From assembly GCF_039654945.1 (NCBI RefSeq), contig NW_027361731.1, positions 31,868,001 through 31,932,000 of the forward strand: a stretch of 64,000 bases of DNA. Reading direction: 5' to 3'. A model generated the notes under the pieces. The model searched no databases. It saw nothing but the letters and a program-made list of their open reading frames with translations, and was not told the origin of the DNA. Below, piece by piece: positions 37,899 to 50,084 of the stretch (positions are counted from its first letter, which is position 1; every line of letters begins with the position of its first letter). Both the position numbers and the translations under genes were made by a program. The DNA is from Dendrobates tinctorius (Eukaryota).

Positions 37899-39479
37899 AT
37901 GGCAGCTACTGACTTGAAGTATGGGCAGAACTGCTCTATCTGCATGGGGGTCTACACGGATCCCGTCACCTTGAGGTGCGGGCACAACTTCTGCCGGGGG
38001 TGTATCGAACTGGAACTGGATTCTCAGCAGGAGTCTGGAATGTACACCTGTCCTGAATGCAGAAAAAGGTTTCACGAGAGACCAACGTTGCAGAGGCCCA
38101 TCAACCTGTGCCACCCAGTAGAGTGTCCATCCATGTCCCATGAGGACCATGAAGCACCAGGGATATTCTGCACTTACTGCATTAATTCTCCGGTACCTGC
38201 TGTCAAATCCTGCCTGCTGTGCGAAGCGTCTCTGTGTGACAATCATCTAAGGGTCCACAGCAAGTCCCCAGAACACGTCCTATCAGAGCCGACCACTTCT
38301 TACGGAAAGCGAAAATGTTCCACACACAAGAAGATCCTCGAATACTACTGCTCCAAGGACGCCGTTTGCATCTGTGTATCTTGCATCGCGTTTGGAGAAC
38401 ATAAGGGACACTACGTGGAGCCCATCAATGCAGCTTTTGAAAAAAAGAGAGACAGGCTAATACATTTTTTGGAAAAGTTGACTGTGAAAAAAAAGAGGAC
38501 GGAGAAACGAGTCAAGAACTTGCAAAAACGAAGGGCGGACGTCCAAGAAAAAGCAGCCGGTGTGACCAAGCAGGTGAATGTGCTGTTTAGGGATATTCGG
38601 GAACAGTTGGACCTTCTGGAGAAAAGGGTCCTCAGTGAAATATCCAACTGGGAAGAGCAGGTGTCCCACACGGTTTCCAACCTGATCCAGCAGCTGGAGA
38701 TAAAGAAGGACGAGCTGTCCAGGAAAATGTTCGATGTTGAGGAGCTGTGCCACATGAACGATCCCGTCACTGTCCTACAAGGACGGGCACCCATAAGAGA
38801 TGACTTTTATGACCGTCAGGAGGGAGATGATGAAGAGCGAGAAAGAGAAGATAAGAAGGTCCACGAGGCTGGGGATCTAGATGAAGGTCTGATTTCTGCG
38901 GCCTTACATGCCGGTCTAGCTGACATTATGACCGGTGTGAAAAGAGGGATTTATGTGTCCGAGTCCCTGGATATATTACTCGATCTAAACACGGCTGGTA
39001 ATTACGTGGCAGTATCCGGAGATCTGAAATCTGTGTCCTGGTCAGATCTAAATCAATGTCGTCTCGAAACCCTGGAGAGATTTCAGTATTGTCAGGTAAT
39101 GAGCACCAGGAGCTTCTCCTCAGGACGCCATTACTGGGAGGTGGAGACCAGTGAGTCTGGAGACTGGATGATCGGGGTGTGTTATCCCAGTATAGACAGG
39201 AAAGGCGTCCAGTCCTACATTGGAAACAACGGCAAGTCCTGGGGTTTATGTAAATTTAATCAGGAGTATTCGGCCATACATTCCAGCGACGTTAGCCAGA
39301 TCCCTCATTACGTGTCCTCTCACAGCTTCAGGATCTATCTGGATTATGAAGCCGGACAATTGTCCTTTTATGAGTTACAAGGGCCAATTAGACACCTGCA
39401 CACCTTCTCCGCCGTCTTCTCAGAGCCCCTACATGCTGTGTTTTATGTCTGGGGTGACTGGGTAAGAATTACGAGCTAG
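37899..39479 (+). CDS. Intronless TRIM E3 ligase 3 (RING, two B-boxes, coiled-coil, PRY-SPRY), 526 aa
   Basis: First ATG at 37899 (MAATDL..CSICMGVYTDPVTLRCGHNFCRGC); KSCLLCEASLCDNHLRVH; CSTHKKILEYYC..GEHKGH; LDLNTA..ERF..SSGRHYWEVE. Confidence 0.96.
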   Translation: MAATDLKYGQNCSICMGVYTDPVTLRCGHNFCRGCIELELDSQQESGMYTCPECRKRFHERPTLQRPINLCHPVECPSMSHEDHEAPGIFCTYCINSPVPAVKSCLLCEASLCDNHLRVHSKSPEHVLSEPTTSYGKRKCSTHKKILEYYCSKDAVCICVSCIAFGEHKGHYVEPINAAFEKKRDRLIHFLEKLTVKKKRTEKRVKNLQKRRADVQEKAAGVTKQVNVLFRDIREQLDLLEKRVLSEISNWEEQVSHTVSNLIQQLEIKKDELSRKMFDVEELCHMNDPVTVLQGRAPIRDDFYDRQEGDDEEREREDKKVHEAGDLDEGLISAALHAGLADIMTGVKRGIYVSESLDILLDLNTAGNYVAVSGDLKSVSWSDLNQCRLETLERFQYCQVMSTRSFSSGRHYWEVETSESGDWMIGVCYPSIDRKGVQSYIGNNGKSWGLCKFNQEYSAIHSSDVSQIPHYVSSHSFRIYLDYEAGQLSFYELQGPIRHLHTFSAVFSEPLHAVFYVWGDWVRITS

Positions 39480-39597
39480 AGAGTTTACTGATGGCGCCCC
39501 AGAGATCTGTAGATCCTATTTATGTCACATGCTCAATTTTACAAATGTATGAATAGTTGTGTAAAATGTTAGAGACAATGGATCAATCACTGGTGCC

Positions 39598-40854
39598 CAG
39601 TGGCATTGCTTGGGGAGGAGGTGCCACAGATCCCAAATTTTTTGTGGGTGCAAAATCTCTCCCTATTGGCTAGTACTGTATAGGGATAGAGTTAGGCCTA
39701 GGATTGGGGCTGGGGCTAGAGTTTGGGCCAGGGTTAGTGTTAGGATGGGGGCTATAGTTTGGGCCATGGTTAGGACTAAGGTTAGAGGCAGGGCTAACAT
39801 TAGAATTAGGGCGAGGGTTGGAGCTTTGGTTAGGGCTTGGATTGGGAACACAGTTTGGCCAGGGCTAGAGCTAAGGTTAAAGGTAGGACTAAGGTTACAG
39901 TTTGGGCAAAAGTAAGGGCTAATGTTAGAGCTGGGGCTAGAGTTAGAGACTGGTTTAGAGCTTAGATTGGGGCTAGAGTTTGGGAGAGGGTCTCAATTAG
40001 CATTAGGATTGGGGCTATGGCTTGGGGGTAGGGTTAGGACTAAGGTTATAGGTAGGGCTAAGGATAGAATTAGAGTGAGGGTTGAAGCTTTGGGCTTGGG
40101 TTGGGGCTAGAGATGGACTAGGGCTAAGGATAAAGGTTGGAATAAGGTTCTAGTTGGGATAAGGCTAAGGGCTAAGGTTAGAGGTGGGGTAGGGTTGGAG
40201 ACTAGTTGAGGGCTCGGCTTAGGGCTAGAGTTTGGGCCAGGGTCCGACTTAGCGTTAGTATTGGGGTTATGGTTTCGTAGGGTTAGGAGTAAGGTTAGAA
40301 TTAAGGATAGTATTGCGACAAGGGTTGGAGCATGAGCTAGAGTTTTGGTCAGGGCTAGGGCTAAGGTTAAAGGTAGAAATAAGGTTAGATTTTGGGCAAT
40401 GGTAAGGGCTAATGTTAGAAGTAGGAGTAGGGTTGGAGACTGAACCAGGGCTAGTGCAAAGGTTAGAGATAGGGCTAGGGTTGGAGACTGGGTTAGGGCT
40501 TGGATGGTGGTTGGAGTTTGAGCCAGGGCTAGTGCTAAGGTTAGAGTTAGGACTAGGGTTATATTAATAAAATAGTTACATAACAAATGTTATAGAAAAT
40601 AAAAAGTAAAAACAAATTATAACAATATTTAACTTTTTTATTTTTTAAATTTAATGTCAGCAGAAAGAACTAGAGGGCCATAAGGCAAACTATATTTCTA
40701 TCAGTATTTTCTTAAAATATGATACATGTAGTTTAAGGACAAGGAGTTCAATACTGGACAGGCGGAAGGGACTCACAGAGTGCTAATGGTCCAAGTTAAG
40801 GGGCACAAAATACTTGCCTTGCCCTGGGCGCTGCCTACCCACGCTATGCCACTG
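39598..40854. mobile_element. Non-autonomous hAT-type element (1257 bp) containing a degenerate telomere-like array
   Basis: TIRs CAGTGGCATTGC / GCTATGCCACTG and 8-bp TSD CTGGTGCC (39590-39597) / CTGGCGCC (40855-40862). Confidence 0.8.
39680..40562 (+). repeat. Degenerate (TTAGGG/CTAGGG/TTGGGG)n telomere-like repeat
   Basis: 6-bp periodicity over ~880 bp (gggttagggctagggttggag...). Confidence 0.85.
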
Positions 40855-41516
40855 CTGGCGCCACCATCAGATAACAGAATGCATATCCAATATGACCTCC
40901 TGCATCAATATAGGAGTCAAAGGATTAATGGTTTCCCGTCTCGGTAGCACCACTGAATAGCAAGTGGCCGAAAGTTCTCCTACATCGAGGATGGACTGAC
41001 TTCAACACTTGGAGCCACCATCAAACAGCAGGACACAAATCCGATATGGCCTCCGGTATGGACATAGGATGGGATGAATTCAGTCGTCACTGAGCCACCT
41101 TGGTAGGGGGTTCAGCACATGTGAACTCATCCTAACTAGAAAGGTATTAACAATCATTAATTTATCGTAACAGGAGAGGAAAGAAGGAGGCTTCCATGGC
41201 CGTCAGGGCCTGCGTCATGTATCTTCACATGGCCTCAAAATGCCAACATGGTCCTGACACCACCACTGAAGTGGCTGGTGGTGGGCTCCATTCCTCTACC
41301 CCCTCCAGTCCTCCATAAGTACTGTTTGGTGATGTTGTGCGCCGCTCTCCTGTCTGCGCCCCTCTCCTGTCGGCGCCACCCTGTGGGGGGTTATTGCTGT
41401 AGATTTGGGGATGTCACTGACTTGGCCTTAGTCGTCTTCATATTTAGGCTGCACATCTGGTTTTACTGCTTTTTGTGCTCTTTCATATTGTTTATATCTA
41501 ACCGTACACTTTAGTC

Positions 41517-42113
41517 TTAAAGGGAAAGAGTCATCAGAAAATGATCTATTCTTTAAATCAGGATTTTGGGTTAAACTGATTTTTTTTTTCATATTTTTGG
41601 AATGTTATTTTCCCACATCACAATCTTTAGAAATGGAAATGTTGTAAAAAGTTTGTTTTCTCTTTAGAACATTTACCACTCGGAGGAATTAATTCATATC
41701 TTATTAGACCTGATCTTACGAATGCAGCGATGCAAAATATCTTTATTTCTTTTCTTTATTTTTCATGGGGGGAACAGAATTTGAATTTTTAGATATATTT
41801 TTTTTTAAACTTTTACATTTTGAAAAACTTTTTTTTTTTATTTTTTTTTTCCAATTTAGATCGCTCATACCATGTACTGCAATACTCTAGTGAATAGTGG
41901 ATCCTGCGTTATCAGGTGTTACCAGTCAGTAAACTCCTGTCTGTGCTGATAAGTAGTCTGCTGAAAACTCTTCCTGAAAGTATCAGATTAAAATTTTAAA
42001 ATGACAAATATTTTGGTTTTAATAAAGATCCAGAAAAAAAAAAATTGGAAAAAAAACTAAAAAAAAGAGACAAAAAACTTGATTTAAGAGTCGTTTTCTG
42101 ATGAAGGCTTCCC
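41517..42113. mobile_element. Degenerate T2/Kolobok-like MITE
   Basis: TTAA-AGGGAAAGAGTCATCAGAAAA at the left pairs with TTTTCTGATGAAGGCTTCCC at the right. The right TTAA is missing. Confidence 0.55.
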
Positions 42114-42754
42114 GGTACAGACAGTCATCACTCGTGGCCTCATTGTACTGATGCCGTGTGAGTAAACTCATGATATCACTACCACAGATTTCCGTCTTTG
42201 GGCTTTTTTGGGGCCGATCTCTTTGGATAAATGAGGGAAAGTTTCTGTAGACCAGAGGTTACACAAGAAAAGACTCTAAAGGGTCATTCTAGCAAATGAT
42301 CAACTCTCCAGAGGACACTTAGTGATCACAGGGGTCAGAGATGCACGGACCCTGCTCCATTCCAGCTGGGGATTTCGGAGCCCATTATGGAGATTGTTGG
42401 GGTCAATAATGGGAATAATCAGCGCTCGTAACTTCCCCAATACAAGGACTAGAAGGAGAAAATCCTCCCCAAAATCCAGGAGGAATGAGCAGGTAAGAAA
42501 ATTAGTGAAAGAAGGGGAGGGAATGTGAGGAGACTGAGAGGAGCCAGGAAGAAATTGGGGAGATGGAGGAAAAGGCCTGAAGGTGAGGAAACCACGGAAA
42601 GGAGGTGACGACCATAAGAGGAGGTCGGGGATGAGAAAGGAGGATAATGGAGGTGGAAACGGAGGAGGGGACTGCGTGGGAAGCAGGAGAGGAGTCTAGT
42701 CCGGGAGGGAAGAGGAGAATCATTAGCAGAAGGAGGAGAATCCAGAGAGGAAAG

Positions 42755-44665
42755 GGAAGAATATGGAGAGGGAGGAGAATCCATAGAGAGAGGAGGAGCA
42801 GCCAGAAAGAGGAGAGAAAGGAGAAGAATATGGAGAGGGAGGAGAATCCATAGAGAGAGGAGGAGCAGCCAGAAAGAGGAGAGAAAGGAGGAGAATATGG
42901 AGAGGGAGGAGAATCCATAGTGAGAGGAGGAGCAGCCAGAAAGAGGAGAGAAAGGAGGAGAATATGGAGAGGGAGGAGAATCCATAGAGAGAGGAGGAGC
43001 AGCCAGAAAGAGGAGAGAAAGGAGGAGAATATGGAGAGGGAGGAGAATCCATAGAGAGAGGAGGAGGAGAATATGGAGAGGGAGGAGAATCCATAGAGAG
43101 AGGAGGAGCAGCCAGAAAGAGGAGAGAAAGGAGAAGAATATGGAGAGGGAGGAGAATCCATAGAGAGAGGAGGAGCAGCCAGAAAGAGGAGAGAAAGGAG
43201 AAGAATATGGAGAGGGAGGAGAATCCATAGAGAGAGGAGGAGCAGCCAGAAAGAGGAGAGAAAGGAGGAGAATATGGAGAGGGAGGAGAATCCATAGTGA
43301 GAGGAGGAGCAGCCAGAAAGAGGAGAGAAAGGAGGAGAATATGGAGAGGGAGGAGAATCCATAGAGAGAGGAGGAGCAGCCAGAAAGAGGAGAGAAAGGA
43401 GGAGAATATGGAGAGGGAGGAGAATCCATAGAGAGAGGAGGAGCAGCCAGAAAGAGGAGAGAAAGGAGGAGAATATGGAGAGGGAGGAGAATCCATAGTG
43501 AGAGGAGGAGCAGCCAGAAAGAGGCGAGAAAGGAGGAGAATATGGACAGGGAGGAGAATCCATAGAGAGAGGAGGAGCAGCCAGAAAGAGGAGAGAAAGG
43601 AGAAGAATATGGAGAGGGAGGAGAATCCATAGAGAGAGGAGGAGCAGCCAGAAAGAGGAGAGAAAGGAGGAGAATATGGAGAGGGAGGAGAATCCATAGT
43701 GAGAGGAGGAGCAGCCAGAAAGAGGAGAGAAAGGAGGAGAATATGGAGAGGGAGGAGAATCCATAGAGAGAGGAGGAGCAGCCAGAAAGAGGAGAGAAAG
43801 GAGGAGAATATGGAGAGGGAGGAGAATCCATAGAGAGAGGAGGAGCAGCCAGAAAGAGGAGAGAAAGGAGGAGAATATGGAGAGGGAGGAGAATCCATAG
43901 TGAGAGGAGGAGCAGCCAGAAAGAGGCGAGAAAGGAGGAGAATATGGACAGGGAGGAGAATCCATAGAGAGAGGAGGAGCAGCCAGAAAGAGGAGAGAAA
44001 GGAGAAGAATATGGAGAGGGAGGAGAATCCATAGAGAGAGGAGGAGCAGCTAGAAAGAGGAGAGAAAGGAGAAGAATATGGAGAGGGAGGAGAATCCATA
44101 GAGAGAGGAGGAGCAGCCAGAAAGAGGAGAGAAAGGAGGAGAATATGGAGAGGGAGGAGAATCCATAGTGAGAGGAGGAGCAGCCAGAAAGAGGAGAGAA
44201 AGGAGGAGAATATGGAGAGGGAGGAGAATCCATAGAGAGAGGAGGAGCAGCCAGAAAGAGGAGAGAAAGGAGGAGAATATGGAGAGGGAGGAGAATCCAT
44301 AGAGACAGGAGGAGCAGCCAGAAAGAGGAGAGAAAGGAGGAGAATATGGAGAGGGAGGAGAATCCATAGAGAGAGGAGGAGCAGCCAGAAAGAGGAGAGA
44401 AAGGAGGAGAATATGGAGAGGGAGGAGAATCCATAGAGAGAGGAGGAGCAGCCAGAAAGAGGAGAGAAAGGAGGAGACTATGGAGAGGGAGGAGAATCCA
44501 TAGTGAGAGGAGGAGCAGCCAGAAAGAGGAGAGAAAGGAGGAGAATATGGAGAGGGAGGAGAATCCATAGAGAGAGGAGAATATGGAGAGGGAGGAGAAT
44601 CCATAGAGAGAGGAGGAGCAGCCAGAAAGAGGAAAGGAGGAGAATATGGAGAGGGAGGAGAATCA
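42755..44665. repeat. 67-bp purine-rich minisatellite, ~28 copies
   Basis: Unit ggagaatccatagagagaggaggagcagccagaaagaggagagaaaggaggagaatatggagaggga. Confidence 0.95.
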
Positions 44666-45033
44666 AGGGAGGAAAGATGAGACTAGAGAGGGAGGAGAAT
44701 CCAGAGAGAAAGGAGGAGAATTCAAAGAGGTAGGGGAGAAATTAAGAGAGGAAAGAGGAGAATGCTGAGATGAAGGAGCAGAATATGGAGAGGGAAGAGG
44801 AGAATCCAGAGCGGAAAGAGAATATGGAGAGGGAGGAAAATATTGAAAGTAAAGATGAGAATCCAGAGGGGATGGGAGGAAAATCCAGAGCGGGAGGAGA
44901 TTCTATAGAGGGAGGAAGAGAATCCAGAGAGGAAGGAGGAGAATCTAGAGAGGGAGGATCCAGAGAGGGAGGAGGAGAATCCAGAGAGGGAGGAGGAGGA
45001 TCTAAAGAGGAAGGAGGAGGATTCAGAGAGGGA

Positions 45034-45550
45034 GTGTTAACAGGTATCAGAATGCAATAGCGCAGACAATGAGGAGACAGTGGGGCTTAAACCAACAACT
45101 GTTTATTTGATTAATACAATTACAGGGGGCCTTCGGCACAATATCGGGCGGGCAGTTCAAATGGTGAAGTTATGTTACAGGGAGAACACAGTCATTTAGA
45201 TGAGCAGAATACTGACACATTGCTACTTACACACCATCATTCTGTTATTGCCACTAGATAACTGTTATCGTCAGTCATGTACTCCTAATATCCCGACCTA
45301 AAGGGCGTCACTGTCACCACCGGGCCCATCACCGTCGTCACTCTGTAAGCAACACGTTACACAGGTCCTAACAAAGGGGCGATGATATTACCAGCTAGGC
45401 CGCAAGTCGCAGGTTGGATTCTCTCGGCACAGCGGCCACCTTCGTTCCCTGAAGAAAGGCCTCGGCCCCCACTTTGTACTGTCTACTCTATCCCTCTGCC
45501 TCAGATCGGCGTCCCCGCGATCTAATCCAGATCATGACAACCTCCTGGTC
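45034..45550 (-). mobile_element. Probable truncated LTR fragment
   Basis: Abrupt TGTTAACA start in GA-rich DNA and AATAAA on the minus strand at ~45102. The other end was not found. Confidence 0.35.
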
Positions 45551-45559
45551 ATCCAGCTA

Positions 45560-47106
45560 CGTAAAGCCGCTGAGACCATGCTCAAAGCGGTCTCAGCAGC
45601 TTTCTCCATAGGTATAATACTTTGCGAAAGAAAAGTCCTATAAAGGACCAGGGGAAAAAAAAAAAAGATTTTTTTTTTAAATATGTAATAAAAAAATTAT
45701 TAAAAATAATAAAAATAATTCCCCTAAAAAATCCCCTGATAAATACACATTTTTATGTAAAAAAATAAAATACACAAAAAAAATACACGTTTGGTATCGC
45801 CGAGTCCATAAAAATCCCATCTATAAAAGTGTCACGCTAGTTAACCCCTTTAGTGAACACCGTAAAAAACACCCCAAAAAGTAGCAAATTATACTTTTTC
45901 CAAGCGGCATCATCATTCCAAAATGCGCCGTTCCCTTCTGATCTCTGCCATGCGCCCAAACAGTGGTTCCACCCCACATATGGGGTATCAGCGTACTCAG
46001 GACAAATTGCACAACATCTTTGGGGGTCTAATTTGTCCTTTTACCCTTGTGAAAATAAAAATTTAGGGGCAAAAAAAATCATTTTTGCGGAAAAAAAAAT
46101 GATTTTTATTTTCACGGCTCTATGTTATAAACTTCTATGAAGCCCTTTGGGGTTCAAAGTGCTCACCACACATCTAGATAAGCTCCTTGGAGGGTCTAGT
46201 TTCCAAAATGGGGTCAGTTATGAGGGGTTTCCACTGTTTAGGCACATCAGGGGCACTCCAAATGCGACATGGCGTCCAATCTCGATTCCAGCCAATTTAA
46301 CATTGAAAACCTCAAATGGCGCTCCTTCCCTTCTGAGCACTGCCGTGCGCCTAAAGATTGGTCTTCCTCCACACATGGGGTATCGGTGTACTCAGGAGAA
46401 ATTACCCAACAAATCTTGTAGTTCATTTTCTCCTGCTACCCTTGACAAAATAAAAAAAAATTGTGTCCAAAGAAAAATTTTGCAGAATAAAAGGTAAATG
46501 TTCATTTTTTCCTTCCACATTGCTCCAATTCTTGTGAAGCACCTGAAGGGTTAATAATCATCTTGAATGTGGTTTTGAGCACCTTGAGGGGTGCAGTTTT
46601 TAAAATGGTGTCACTTTAGGGTATGTTCTATCATATAGACCCATCAAAGTGACTTCAAATGTGATGCGGTCCCCAAAAAAATGGTTTTGTAAATTTTGTT
46701 GAAAAGTGAGAAATCGCTGGTCAACTTTTAACCCTTATAACTTCCTGACAAAAACAAATTTTGGTTCCAAAATTGTGCTGATGTAAAGTAAACATGTGGG
46801 AAATGTTATTTATTAACTATTATTGTGACATATCTCTCTGATTTAAGGGCATAAGAATGAAAACTTTGAAAATTGCAACATTTTCAAAATTTTTACCATA
46901 TCTCTGTTTTTTTCATAAACGCAAGACATATCGAAGAAATTTTACCACTAACATGAAGCACAATATGTCACGAGAAAACAATGTCAGAATCACCGGGATC
47001 CATGGAAGCGTTCCAGAGTTATGGCCTCATAAAGGGACAGTGGTCCGACTTCAAAATTAAGGCCTGGTCATTAACCTACAAAGTGGCTTGGTCCTTAAGG
47101 GGTTAA
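45560..47106. mobile_element. Non-autonomous TTAA-type (piggyBac / Xenopus Tx1D-like) DNA transposon remnant with ~395-bp internal repeats
   Basis: Ends AAGGGG-TTAA at 47106. The block ccaca.atggggtatc.g.gtactcagga.aaatt recurs at ~45975 and ~46370. Left end uncertain. Confidence 0.6.
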
Positions 47107-47139
47107 CCGTGTGTGTCTTCTCGTGTGTCTATCTCGTGG

Positions 47140-50075
47140 GCGGAGGAGAATCAGGAGAGGGAGGAGGAGGATCAGGAGGAGGATCAGGAGGAAGAGGATC
47201 AGGAGAGAGAGGAAGAGAATCAGGAGAGGGAGGAGGAGGATCGGGAGAGGAAAGAAGAGGACCAGGAGAAAAAGGAGGAGAATCAGGACAGGGAAGAGGA
47301 AAATCGGGAAAGGGAGGAGGACAATCAGGAGAGGAAGGAGGAGGATCAGGAGAGGTAGGAGAAATGGGAGAGGAAAGATGAGAATCAGGAAGAACAGAAT
47401 CGGGAGAGGGAGGAGGATCAGGAGAGGGAGGAGGATCAGGAGAGGGAGGAGGATCAGGAGAGGGAGGAGGAACATCAGGAGAGGGAAGAACAGAATCAGG
47501 AGAAGAAGGATCAGGAGAGGGAGGAGGAGAATTGGGAGAGGGAGGAGGAGAGGAGGGGGAAGAGGATAAAAGAGAAGAGAGGTAAAGAGAGGAGAAGAGA
47601 CGAGGGGAGAAGACCGGAGATGGGAAGAGAGGAAAGGGAAAAAAAGAGAGGGGAAGTGAGGGGAGGAGAAGAGAGGAGAGGGGAAGAGAGAATAGAGGAG
47701 AGGGGTAGAGATGAGAGGGAAAAGAGAGGAGAGGGGAAGAGAGGAGAGGGGAAGAGAGGAGAGGGGAAGAGAGGAGAGGGGAAGAGAGGAGAGGGGAAGA
47801 GAGGAGAAGAGACGAGGGGAGAAGACCGGAGATGGGAAGAGAGGAAAGGGAAAAAAAGAGAGGGGAAGTGAGGGGAGGAGAAGAGAGGAGAGGGGAAGAG
47901 AGAATAGAGGAGAGGGGTAGAGATGAGANNNNNNNNNNNNNNNNNNNNNNNNNNNNNNNNNNNNNNNNNNNNNNNNNNNNNNNNNNNNNNNNNNNNNNNN
48001 NNNNNNNNNNNNNNNNNNNNNNNNNNNNNNNNNNNNNNNNNNNNNNNNNNNNNNNNNNNNNNNNNNNNNNNNNNNNNNNNAAGAGAGGAGAGGGGAAGAG
48101 AGGAGAGGGGAAGAGAGGAGAGGGGAAGAGAGGAGAAGAGAGGAGAGGAGAGGGAAAAGGGGAGGGGAAGAGAGGAGAGAGGAAGAGAGGCGAAGAATGG
48201 GAAAAAAGAGATGGGATAGAAAAGAAACGAGAGGGGAGGAGAGGGGAAGAGAGGATAAAAGTGGAGAAGAGAGGAGAGGGGAAGAGAGAAGAGAGGGGAA
48301 GAGAGGAGAGGGGAAGAGAGGAGAGGGGAAGAGAGGAGAGGGGAAGAGAGGAGAGGGGAAGAGAGGACAGGGGAAGAGAGGAGAGGGGAAGAGAAGAGGG
48401 GAAGAGAGAAGAGTGGAAAAGAGGAGAGGTGAAGAGAGGACAGGGGAAGAGAGGAGAGGTGAAGAGAGGACAGGGGAAGAGAGGAGAAGGGAAGAGAGGA
48501 GAGGAGAAGAGAGAAGGGAAGAGAGGAGAGGTGAAGAGAGGAGAGGGGAAGAGAAGAGAGGAGAGGGGAAGAGGAGAGGGCAAGAGAGGAGAGGGCAAGA
48601 GAGGAGAGGGGAAGAGAGGAGAGGGGAAGAGAGGAGAGGGGAAGAGAGGAGAGGGGAAGAGAAGAGAGGAGAGGGGAAGAGGAGAGGGCAAGAGAGGAGN
48701 NNNNNNNNNNNNNNNNNNNNNNNNNNNNNNNNNNNNNNNNNNNNNNNNNNNNNNNNNNNNNNNNNNNNNNNNNNNNNNNNNNNNNNNNNNNNNNNNNNNN
48801 NNNNNNNNNNNNNNNNNNNNNNNNNNNNNNNNNNNNNNNNNNNNNNNNNNNNNNNNNNNNNNNNNNNNNNNNNNNNNNNNNNNNNNNNNNNNNNNNNNNN
48901 NNNNNNNNNNNNNNNNNNNNNNNNNNNNAGGAGAGGGGAAGAGAGGAGAAGGGAAGAGAGGAGAAGAATGGGAAAAGAGAAGAGAAGGGATAGAAAAGAA
49001 ATGAGAGGGGAGGAGAGGGGAAGAGAGAAGAGTGGAGAAGAGGAGGAGAGGAGAGGTGAGGAGAGGGGAAGAGAAGGGAAGAGAGGGGAAGAGAGGAGGA
49101 GAGAGGGGGAGAGGAGTGGGGAAGAGAGGAGAAGAGAGGGGAGGGGAAGAGAGAAGAGTGGAGAAGAGAGGAGAAGTGAAGAGAGGAGAGGGGAAGAGAG
49201 AAGGGAAGAGAGGAGAGGGGAAGAGAGAAGAGAGGAGAGGGGAAGAGAGGAGAGGGGAAGAGAGGAGAGGGGAAAAAAGAAGAGTGGAGAGGAGAGGTGA
49301 AGAGAGGAGAGGGGAAGAGAGAAGGGAAGAGAGAAGGGAAGAGAGGAGAGGAGAAGAGAGGTGAAGAGAAGAGAGAAGAGTGGAGAAGAAGAGAGGAGAG
49401 GGGAAGAGAGAAGGGAAGAGAGGAGAAGGGAAGAGAGAAGGGAAGAGAGGAGAAGGGAAGAGAGAAGGGAAGAGAGGAGAAGGGAAGAGAGGAGAGGGGA
49501 AGAGAGGAGAGGGGAAGAGAAAACAGTGGGAAAAGAGAAGAGATGGGATATAAAAGAAACGAGAGGGGAAGAGCGAAGAAGAGTGGAGAGAAGAGAGGAC
49601 CAGAGGACAGGAGAGGGGAAGAGTGGGGAGAAGAGGGTAAGAGAGAAGGGAAGACAGGAGAGGAGAAAAGAGAGGGGAAGAGAGGAGAAGGGAAGAGAGG
49701 ACAGGAGAGGGGAAGAGAGGAGAGAGGAAGAGAAGAGAAGAGAGGAGAGGAGAGGAGAAGGGAAGAGAGAACAGTGGAAAAAGAGAAGAGATGGGATAGG
49801 AAAGAAACGAGAGGGGAGGAGAGGGGAAGAGAGGAGACGGAGGAGTGGGGAAGAGAGGAGACGGAGGAGTGGGGAAGAGAGGAGACGGAGGAGTGGGGAA
49901 GAGAGGGGAGGAGAAGAGAGGAGAAGGGAAGAGCGGAGAAGGGAAAGAGAGGAGAGGGGAACAGAGGACAGGAGAGGGGAAGAGTGGAGAGAAGAGGAGA
50001 AGAGAGAAGACAGGAGAGGGGAAGAGAGAGGAAGTGAAGACAGGAGTAGAAAGAGAGGAGAAATAAGGAGGAGGG
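47140..50075. repeat. GA-rich low-complexity tract (15-18-bp periodicities) with two assembly gaps (47929-48080, 48700-48928)
   Basis: gaggagaggggaaga and ggatcaggagagggagga repeats, plus N runs. Confidence 0.95.
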
Positions 50076-50084
50076 GGGGGTGGG

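Noticed and set aside
42098-42113. CTGATGA hammerhead core
   Set aside because: It is explained as the right TIR of the MITE starting at 41517, and no paired GAAA/stem arrangement follows.
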